This document shows positions 54,451 to 64,000 of a stretch of DNA of 64,000 nt, one piece after another (position 1 is the first letter of the stretch; each line of letters begins with the position of its first letter). The position numbers and the translations under genes are program-made. The stretch covers positions 81,902,001 to 81,966,000 of the forward strand of contig NC_043004.1 of NCBI RefSeq assembly GCF_006345805.1, in the 5' to 3' direction. The notes beneath the pieces are model-generated. The model did not search any database and was not told the origin of the DNA. It worked only from the letters and a program-made list of their open reading frames with translations. This stretch comes from Octopus sinensis (Eukaryota).

Positions 54451-54741
54451 TAATTGTTATTATAATGCAGACTAAGTTGATACTTGTTTACTGGCCATGC
54501 TCCAAGATCCCTGCAAATAATTCTTGTAGTTCCAAGCAATGCCGATTTTTGTAGGTGTTCTGCCTTTTATTATGTTATATTGCAATACTACACAGTGGCT
54601 GTGTGAGCTACGAAATCCTCGTCGCCACTGTTATATCGCACGTTCGGATGACCTCTACTCAACTCCCGACATCTAGACTTCTCCCTCTATATCTACATAT
54701 TGGGCTAGCCTACTTCATAGTCTGGGGGCGTCCACACAACA

Positions 54742-54802
<61 letters not shown>

Positions 54803-54840
54803 ATTATTATAATTATTATAATTATTATTATTATTATTAT

Positions 54841-55620
54841 AAATCTGCATATTTGTTATAATCCCTTCTGAAACACACCCAACGTCCTGAGGCGAGTGAA
54901 GGATAAGAAATGTTACGGTAGGATTGGCAGGGACAGTAGCGAAATATCTTCATGTAATACAACACAGACATTTGAAGTGATAGGGTTTTTCTAAGGCTGT
55001 GGGCAATACTTGTCAGCACAATCTTTTGGATTTCTCTGAGACATGGTTCTCCTGGGATCTTATCTAGGTGCTTCTAACATTCTTTTTTCATCTTACCTAG
55101 GGAACCCACAATAACAGGAACAGTTCTCGCTTTAAGATGCCACATCTTTTGTATTTCAATTTTTATCAGTGGGAACACTTACATCTATTAGTCTACAAAT
55201 ATTTCCTTCCCCGTCTTTAATAATTATGTCTGGTCAATTAGCGTGGATTATTTTGTCAGTATTGACTGGGAAATCTCAGAGGATAGTGACTGGCTCAGGA
55301 TAATGTTTATACCAGTAAGTAAGAGTGCAGATTTTGTAGTGTTTACATATTTTCTAATGTAAGTACTGTCCTACCCTATTTTTGTGATTTTTTTAAAATT
55401 CGCTTGTTGTGAACAAAGGACATTCTAAGACGAGATGGCCTATTGTTTCGTCAAATGTATCACAGAATCTGCATTTAGGGTCAGAGTCGTGTCGAAGAAC
55501 GTTGGCCTGGTGGTTTTTTTGTAAGCAAGTTTTGATATTGTACCGCCAATATGAAGCCTCCAGGCTCTGCATCAAGTCCTGAACTTCTAAGCCACTGAGA
55601 GGTTGTTACTTGGTGTTCAT
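54841..55620 (-). mobile_element. Decayed R4/Dong-type LINE 3' portion
   Basis: RPDIIIKD..LIDVSVP, MWHLKARTVPVIVGSLG and EIQKIVLTSIAHSLRKTLS motifs; ends in (AAT)n. Confidence 0.8.
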
Positions 55621-55813
55621 CAGCACCGCTCCTCAATTTGTTTCTTTTTTGCAGTCTGTTTGATCCGTTTCGCTTGTTTCTTCTTCTTCTTCTTCTTCTT
55701 CTTCTTCTTCTTCTTCTTCTTCTTCTTCTTCTTCTTCTTTTTCTTCTTTTCTTCTTCTTCTTCTTCTTCTTCTTCTTCTTCTTCTTCTTCTTCTTCTTCT
55801 TCTTCTTCTTCTT

Positions 55814-55913
55814 NNNNNNNNNNNNNNNNNNNNNNNNNNNNNNNNNNNNNNNNNNNNNNNNNNNNNNNNNNNNNNNNNNNNNNNNNNNNNNNNNNNNNNN
55901 NNNNNNNNNNNNN
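55814..55913. other. Scaffold gap (100 N) following a (CTT)n tract
   Basis: Run of N. Adjacency across the gap is not sequence-verified. Confidence 0.99.
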
Positions 55914-56997
55914 TTGGTTTGGACCTGAAAGTTTTATCACTTAAAAACGTGTTTAAATGCTTTAAAAATGGTTGTCAGTAGGTGAAAGATCAGGAGAATA
56001 TGAAGAGTATGGTAAAGTCTCGTATCCCAAGTTTGTGAGTTTCTGAAGCGTCATTCTTGCAACATGTGGCTTTGCATTATAGTGGAGCAGAATTGGGCCA
56101 CGCCGATTCACCAATGCAGGTATCATTTTCTGCGAGTAAACATGCATTTCAGTGAGTTAATTGCAGTAATCCTCTGCTGTAATTCTCTGATTGGCTTCCA
56201 GAAAGCTGTAATGGACAATACCAATTGCAAACCACCAGCCAGTTCACCATAATCTCTGCTGATGCAACTGTGGCTATGGGAAATGTTTGGGGGACTCATC
56301 ATGAGTAAGCCATTGACTTGATCGTTTACGTTTATCAAAAAGGATCCACTTTTTGTCACAAGTGACTATTCAGTCAAGAAAAGGATCATTGTTCTTTTTT
56401 CCCAGAAAAGCATAGAGCACACTTCAAAACGCCGAACATTTTGATTTTCCTTGAGCTCATGCTGTACCCATTTATTGAGCTTTTTTGCCTTACCAATCTT
56501 CTGGAGATTGCATAAGACTGTTGCAATACCGACACCGAGTGCCTGAGACATTTCTCAGACACTTTGACGTGGGTTTTGTTCAATAATTGCTTTCAATAGT
56601 TCATTGTCAAGACTGCATGACCGTCTTCTATCATCTTTGTCTTCAAGGCTCTCATCACCACTACATAATTTCTGAAACCACCTTCATACTGTGCGATCAC
56701 TTGTGGACTCCTCTCTCCATGCTTTGTTGATATTGGCAGCAGTTTGGGAGGCATTGTGCCCAAGCTTGAACTCATGCGAGAAAAGTAAGCAAAGGTCCTT
56801 TTTTGTTATGTTCGTAATTAAGGGCGCCTATGCTTCAAGAATGTTTACTATCTGAAATGAGTAGAAAATTAGTAAAGAGCATACAACAATTATTAAGTAT
56901 GCCGAAATTCACTTAAACTATAATTAAGATATTGTGATAAAATTGTGTTTCAAAACATAACACTTAGGGAAGCCATTATGTTCGGAACAACCTAATA
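55914..56997 (-). mobile_element. Mariner transposon remnant (Hsmar1-like), cut by the gap
   Basis: TIR tattaggttgttccgaacataa; KWVQHEL, PILLHYNAKPHVA and YSPDLSPTDNHF motifs; frameshifted. Confidence 0.9.
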
Positions 56998-57450
56998 TAA
57001 CAAGCAAATGGTATGATATATCAAGCGATGGCTATTAATATAAAATATAATTTTGTTTTTAATATTCTAAAGAAACTCATATTACAAAATAAAATTCACA
57101 AGTGCATTCGCTTATCTGCATAGCAGAAATTACATCATTGCTCGCCTTTAAAATCGTTTTCCGCAGATATTCGTACTTATGCCATATCTTAAACTACACG
57201 AAACCTCAGCTGAAACATTGTTTCAACCTTGTTGTTTTGGTTGGAGCTCAATAACTCAAACAACTCACTCTCCAGCACGTGTAACAATGTTCAGCCTTAT
57301 TTTAGAAAGACCATCTTGTCAATTCCGGATTCTTTCTCCTTCAGTCTTCAAGCTCAATTATGGTTAATACCTTAAGCGGCGAATTACAATTTGCTAACAT
57401 GTTTTAATAATGATTCGTTTATTGTTATTCAATAAATGATGTATATTTGT

Positions 57451-57504
<54 letters not shown>

Positions 57505-57561
57505 TATGTGTGTGTGTGTGTGTGTGTGTCCGTCATTTATATGTGGTGCTAGTTGTCTAAA

Positions 57562-57812
57562 TAAATAAAATAAATGCGCCCTTTTAAAGCCTAGCCAGGC
57601 TCATAGGCCCGGTTTCAATGGCGTATGTGTTCCCCAGCTGAACAGGGCGCCAATCCATCGCAGCGTTACTCATTTTTGCCAGCTGAGTGGACTGGAGCAA
57701 CGTGAAATGAAGTGTTTTGCTCAAGAACACAACTCGTCGCCCGGTCCAGGAATCGAAACCACAATTTTACGATCATGATGCTGACACCCTAACCACTAAG
57801 CCACGCACCTCC
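57562..57812 (-). mobile_element. tRNA-derived SINE with a Meta/V-like central domain
   Basis: A and B boxes, gtgttcttgagcaaaacactt..ccactcagctggcaaaaatgagta, and the tail shared with 37816. Confidence 0.75.
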
Positions 57813-58714
57813 ACAGGTGTGTATATAGATGTGCACATATATACGCAACACACACACATACACTTTTACTTGTTTCAGTCATTGGACTGCGTCCATGCCG
57901 GAGCATCACCTTCAGTGGTTTAGTTGAGCAAATTGGCCCCAGTACGTTTACCTTTTGAAATTTGCTACTTATTCTATAAGTCTTTTTAACTAACTGCTAA
58001 GACACACATACACATACACACACATAACACATATAGACACACACATAACACATATAGACACACACACACATGCACACACATACACACACATGCACACACA
58101 CATGGACACACACATGCACACACACATACACACACATGCACACACATACATACACATACACACACATACACACACACATATAGACAAACATATGCACATA
58201 CATACACACACATACACACATATATACACACACATGCACACGCACATGCACACACACATATATATAGTCTGTTCTGCAAAACCTGTGAAGCCAGTTCTGA
58301 TTCTTTTACGTTCCAGTAAAAAAGAAATCCGATAGAATAAATGCCAGATGTTTTTTAAAAAGAAGTACTGGGGCCGAATTATTTTTTTACTAAATCATTC
58401 AATGTGGTGCCCCCAGCATGGCCGTAATCCAATGGCTGAAGCAAAGAAAAGAACAAAACAAATCAAAAAGTGATCTAAGAAGGAAGAAGCCTCGTAGGTA
58501 ACAAAAAACAGTTGAGAAAAGAAATACTCCTGAATATAAATTCATGCCACTGTAACGCAAGATGTTTTTCCAGGAACACGCTGACCTCGTAAAAATTCTA
58601 ACCAGTTTTTTTCAGCAACCGGAACTGCATAACGGAAGTATCGAATTTATCTAAATTTATATATATCTTAAATAATTAGCATGATTCAAGCAATGCCATA
58701 TTCCTTTCTACTCT

Positions 58715-59291
58715 AGGTAGAAGATCCGAAATTGTGAGTGGGTAGGTGCAGTCAATTAGATGGACCCCAGTACGTAATTCCTACTTAATTTATCGACCAC
58801 GAAAGGATTAAAGGCAGAGACGATCTCGGTGGAATTTGAACTCAGAACCTAAACACAAACGAAATACCTATTTCTTTACTACCCACAAGGGACTAAACAC
58901 AGAGAGGACAAACAGGGACAGACAAAAGGATTAAGTCGATTTTACCGACCCCAGTGCATAACTGGTACTTATTTAATCGACCCCGAAAGGATGAAAGGCA
59001 AAGTCGACCTCGGCGGAATTTGAACTCAGAACGTAGCGGCAGACGAAATACCTATTTCTATTTCTTTATTACCCACAAAGGGCTAAACACAGAGGGGACA
59101 AACAAGGACAGACATAGGTATTAAATCGATTACATCGACCCCAGTGCGTAACTGGTACTTAATTTATCGATCCCGAAAGGATGAAAGGCAAAATCGACCT
59201 CGGCGGAATTTGAACTCAGAACGTAACGGCAGACGAAATACTGCTAAGCATTTTGCCCAGCGCACTAACGTTTCTGTCAGCTCACCGCCTT
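58715..59291 (-). mobile_element. SINE family B with three to four tandem body units
   Basis: Single head near 59290; repeated units of about 185 bp. Confidence 0.85.
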
Positions 59292-59323
59292 TCATGTAAT
59301 GCTTTATTGAAAATGAATGACAC

Positions 59324-59412
59324 TTATTATTATTATTTAGGTCACTGCCTGGAATTGAATTCGGAATCTTGGGGTTAGTAGCACGCGCTCTTAGCCACTA
59401 CGCCATATGCCC
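59324..59412 (-). mobile_element. SINE family D, full length
   Basis: gggcatatggcgtagtggctaagagcgcgtgctactaaccccaagattccgaattcaattccaggcagtgacctaaataataat. Confidence 0.8.
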
Positions 59413-59562
59413 GTATATAATGAATGAAACTTCTTAAGTAATTTCAACATATCCTTATTCAGTGATAGCTGATGTTCCGGAGTTCAGCAAATATTGCGCA
59501 GCATGAGATGATGTTGGTGCTGGAAATATCGCTATTCATTTCTTATTATGTTTCTTATTTAA

Positions 59563-59679
59563 TTTAGCCCCAGGAGACATCGTCTCCAGCTGGCAATACG
59601 ACATGATCTGTGTTCTTATAATAATCTGTGTCTTTATAGCCGTGTCGTATAGATGGAGACGATGTCTCCTGGGACTAAA
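59563..59679. mobile_element. 117-bp MITE flanked by TTAA
   Basis: TIRs tttagccccaggagacatcgtctcca / tggagacgatgtctcctgggactaaa; TTAA on both sides. Confidence 0.75.
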
Positions 59680-59737
59680 TTAAAGCAACATTTGCCCAAA
59701 ACCAGGACTGCCATGCTATATAATAATTTTCTAATGT

Positions 59738-59772
<35 letters not shown>

Positions 59773-60105
59773 TATATATATATATATATATGTATGTATA
59801 TATGTATATATATATAGAAATAATATATATATATATATATAGTTATCCGTAATAATGAAGGGTGAAATTAATTAATTTGGAATAATTATCATTACACCAA
59901 GTAGTCTTCGCATGTAAAAGCCTCAGTAAATGACCACAGCATCTTGTTTTGGCTACACGCGGGTGGGAAGGGGCTGGTGACACAATATTCATTCACACAT
60001 TGGATTTGGTACTAGTTGCGGATTCTAGCTCGCTCTGATACTGAGTTGATGGTGCCTTCTAGTATCTCAAAATTCAATATATTAATCATTTATGATTATA
60101 GTATT

Positions 60106-60202
60106 CTACGCTGAAGAGAAAAGAAGTTTGGTAAGGTAGAATTATTAATAATTTAATCTTATGCTTTCCTAAAAACTTGATTTCGAAACGCTACGTCCGT
60201 AG
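60106..60202 (+). ncRNA. Candidate hammerhead with long helix II (decayed)
   Basis: ACG-CTGAAGA-GAAA..aagttt..aattattaataatt..aaactt..TTTC-GAAA-CGC-TA-CGT; helix III is imperfect. Confidence 0.4.
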
Positions 60203-60379
60203 ATAACTTAAAATGTATGATAGAGATTGCCGTCAATTATCTCTCTTACCTTTAGTGTTGCCTTCCAATTGCTGTTTTTACTGAGATCTCCCTTTTTAGT
60301 AGAAGAAATAGCTATAACTCTTTGACTGCTATTTCTAAGTCGGTATGTGGTTAGCAACGTGCTAAACCCTTTATTCTTA

Positions 60380-60422
<43 letters not shown>

Positions 60423-60499
60423 ATATATATATATGTGTATGTGGTGTGTGTGTGTGTGTGTGTGTGGGTGGTATGTGTGTATATATATATATATGTATG

Positions 60500-60900
60500 T
60501 ACGTATGTGTGTTACTGTGTGGTAAGAAGGCTTGTTTCCCAACCAAATGGTTCTGGGTTCTGTCCCTCTGCGTAGCACCTTCAGCAAGTGTCTTCTACTA
60601 TAAGCCTCGGGCCGACCAAAGCCTTGTCAGAATCCCGTCGTATATATATAAATATATATGTATCAGCACGTATGTATATATTTGTGTGTGTGTCTGTGTC
60701 ATTCCCCCCACCTTCGCTTGACAACCGACGCGGATGATTTTTTGTCCCCGTAACTTAGCGGTTCGGCAACAGACACCAATAGGATAAGTACTAGGTTTAC
60801 AAGGCATAAGTCCTGGGGGGTCGATTTCTTCGACTAACACCCTTTAAGGCGGTGCTACAGCATGGCCGCAGTCAAGTGACTGAAAGAAAGAAAATAAAAG
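60500..60900 (+). mobile_element. SINE family A
   Basis: Head, internal microsatellite and tail. Confidence 0.85.
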
Positions 60901-60960
60901 AAATACACACACGCACACATACACACATGTATAATACATACATACATACATACCAACATA

Positions 60961-61645
60961 AGAGAAACTGCACAGTTGTAATTTGCTGCCCATAAAGTTG
61001 AAGATCAGTGAAAAAGAGAAAACTTACACTGAACTATTGAGAAATCTGCAGTTACTTTACCCAGATTACAAGTTCAGGTTTATACTTGTAATTATTGGGG
61101 CCGTGGAATATGTAACACGCTGCCTAAATACCAATCTTGAGAAATTAGGCTTCTCAAAACCAGGAAAGAGAAAGCTACTTCGAAGACTACAGATCCAATC
61201 TATCACTGGGACTGTAAAAATCTGTAAAATTTTCAGAAGTTTGTCATTTAAATATATATGAGCATGTCTAGATATGTAACTATGTACCTAAGAATACGTA
61301 CATAAAACATACAAATCTGGACATACACATACATACATACATACATACATACATACATTCATACATACATACCCTTGGATCAAGGTTAGAAACCGGTTCT
61401 TTCTCTATTGGCAAGAAATCTTGAAATAAACTGAATAATGGCATGCATACATACATACATACATACATACATACATACATACATACATACATACATACAT
61501 ACATACATACATACATGCATGCAAACACATAAAGGTACCCTGTTGATGATGTTGAAATTCCAATGAAGGAGCCTTGGATCTAGATTAGAAACCGGTTCTT
61601 TCTCTATTGGCAAGAAATCTTGAAATAAAACTGAATAACGGCATA
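60961..61645 (+). mobile_element. RLE LINE 3' fragments embedded in (CATA)n
   Basis: KISEKEKTYTELLRNLQLLYPDYKFRFILVIIGA..LQIQSITGTVKICK. The 3' UTR ends gaaataaactgaataatggcatgcatacatac; a second 3' end lies at 61533-61645. Confidence 0.8.
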
Positions 61646-62110
61646 CACACACATTCAACACATCTCTGATATTGTTCTTCGACATCGAACAAATTCCTGT
61701 CACTCTAAGAAGCTGATTTAACAGCAGAATGACATTTTCCCTATTTATTTCCCAGGAATACAGATATGTCAATATCAATTGCTATCAATCTAGCGAAAGC
61801 CATCTGTTCAGTTGACATTAAATTCCTTCTACTTCTTTTTCTCTTTCCTCTTCTCTGACTTCGCCTCCGAATTTGCCTTTCTTCGACTTTTACGTTGCTT
61901 CTTTGGTGAACGAGACATAAATAAGCTCAATGTAGTGTAATCTGTCACGTGTTGCAGCGGGATTTAAGGCCTGTCAGCAGGTTTACAGATTTTCTCCAAT
62001 TAACGTTGGTTGTTCTTGTTGTCGAGTTTCTATACATGTATGTGTGTATGTATGTATGTATGTATGTATGTATGTATGTATGTATGTATGTATGTATGTA
62101 TGTATGTATG

Positions 62111-62172
<62 letters not shown>

Positions 62173-62331
62173 CTGTATACTGTTCTATTTATCTACCCTC
62201 CGTCTGCCCATCAATTAAATATACTCACACGCCAATACACGTAGTGTCACTCTCACACACACTCCAGCATGGTCACAGCTGAAACGCATAGAAGAATAAA
62301 ACAATATAAATATATGTAATACACACTCATA

Positions 62332-62360
<29 letters not shown>

Positions 62361-62371
<11 letters not shown>

Positions 62372-62686
62372 TTAGAGACAAAACCACTATTTTGCAAAAC
62401 AAACAAGGAAAGACTTAATCAATACATAAAATTTTAATAAATAGTCAAAAAAACCGCCATACAATCGTTTTGTCTTGATCGACAATCTTCAGGTGGACTT
62501 CCAATAAGTCAGTTTCAAATTATAATTTGAAACTGACTTATTGGAAGTCCACTGAAGATTGTCGATCAAGACAAGAAACGATTGTAGTGGCGGTTTTTTT
62601 GACTATTTATTAAAATTTTATGTATTGATTAAGTCTTTCCTTGTTTGTTTTGCAAATAGTGGTTTTGTCTCTAATAATATTTTATA
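62361..62686. repeat. 326-bp spacerless palindrome centred at 62522/62523
   Basis: Arms of about 162 bp differ only by a few 1-2 nt indels. Confidence 0.95.
62548..62590 (+). ncRNA. Type-I hammerhead in the right palindrome arm (mirror copy at 62454-62497, minus)
   Basis: Arm consensus CCAC-CTGAAGA-TTGTC gatcaa GACAA-GAAA-C gatt G-TA-GTGG. Confidence 0.75.
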
Positions 62687-62825
62687 ATATTTACTATAAA
62701 ATTGGATTTAATCCTAAATCTGATTTTTTCCCTGTAAATTTGGATTATTCCCTAATATTTATTATTATTATATATTATATATATAATATGGATAGATAGA
62801 TAGATGTGTGTATATAGCATATGTT

Positions 62826-62886
<61 letters not shown>

Positions 62887-62988
62887 ATATATAGATATAT
62901 ATGTGTGTGTGTGTGGTGTATATATATGTGTGTGTGTGTATGTGTGTACTCACATACATATATAGCTAAAGTTTTTAGTGCTGCGTTA

Positions 62989-64000
62989 TACGAGGGGCGT
63001 TCAATAAGTAATGCCCCTGACCCACTTCCCATAGCAGTAGAGCAACGACACTTGGCACAGTTATTAGTCTTTTCCTACATAGAAACTACCCAGAGTTATG
63101 CATTTCTCCCATCGTTTGATACAGCTCTGGAGACCGTTTTTGTAGAAGACCCCAGCTTGGTACTCCAACCACGACGTGACTTCAGAAATCAAGGCTGCAT
63201 CATCTGGGAAACGCTTTCCTTTCAAAATCAACTTCATGGCTGGGAAGAGGTGAAAATCAGAGGGTTCAAGGGGAGGAGTTCATAGCTGCACGCCTGTGCT
63301 TCTGATCTGGCGACACGCGAGTTGTGGACCGGAGCGTTGTCCTGCAGGAGGAGGATGCCTTTGCTGATCTTGCCCCGCCTCTTGATTTTGATAGCTTCTC
63401 TTAATTTCCTCAAAAGTGAAGCATAATAGGCTCCTGTAATTGTGGTACCCTTTGTCAGGAAATCTGTCATCATTACTCCGTCCTGGTCCCAGAAGACTGT
63501 GAGCATAACCTTGTCAGCGGAGGGCTGCACCCTTGCCTTCTTTGGAGGAGGTGAGTCACGGTGCTTTCACTGCATTGACTGGGCTTTGGTCTATAGATCA
63601 TAGTGATGGACCCAGGTTTTATCCTGTGTAATCAGTCTTTTGAAAAATTTTGACTCATCTTCTTGGCACATCTTCAAATTCATCCTCGAGCACTCAACGC
63701 GTTCTTGCTCCTGGAAAGGTGTGAGCAACCTGGAAATCCATCTGGCAGACACCTTTTGCATATGCAAATGATCATGAATGATAGTTTCCACAGACCCGGT
63801 ACTAATCTTGACCTTATGGGCTATTTGGCGAATAGTTATGCGTTGGCCTTCCAAAATGGCAGCCTCAATTTGACGGACAGACGTCTCATCTACGGCAGAA
63901 GGGGGCGACCAGATCTGGGAGCTGTTTCCACAGAGTTCCGACTATGTTTGAATTCACAATGCCAGCGTTTTACAAGGTCATATGATGGGGCATCATCACC
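62989..64000 (-). mobile_element. Mariner transposon remnant, runs off the window
   Basis: 3' TIR ta-cgaggggcgttcaataagtaatg; SARWISRLL, ITQDKTWVHHYD, VFWDQDG and LLLQDNAPVH motifs. The YSPD segment is deleted; stops are present. Confidence 0.9.

Noticed and set aside
55680-55960. LINE-mariner junction
   Set aside because: Separated by a 100-N gap, so true adjacency and distance are unknown.
58715-59291. CRISPR-like or satellite array
   Set aside because: Units are SINE bodies of about 185 bp without unique spacers; no cas-like ORF; eukaryotic context.

Overview
Repeat-dense eukaryotic non-coding DNA. The SINE families, the microsatellite load and the TAA-associated R4/Dong-type LINEs point to an octopus-like cephalopod (inference from family recognition, no database search). 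I found no host-gene exon I can support; almost every ORF in the track is either microsatellite translation or a transposon fragment. The window holds four or more tRNA-derived SINE families, several R4/Dong-type restriction-like-endonuclease LINEs sitting in (TAA)n tracts, a CR1-type 3' fragment, four mariner remnants, three Merlin-like MITEs with perfect 8-bp TSDs, a Penelope-type GIY-YIG remnant and a 100-N scaffold gap. One LINE (46.5-50.3 kb) is near full length, and most frameshifts I checked in it are single-base homopolymer indels. The main signal not explained by the ORF track is about 18 type-I hammerhead ribozyme (HHR) motifs from at least six repeat families, intact or decayed. They repeatedly occur as head-to-head palindromes, six of them cluster within 2 kb (35.4-37.4 kb), and two form a 561-bp direct tandem resembling a retrozyme. 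All folds were done by eye and most repeat boundaries are approximate.
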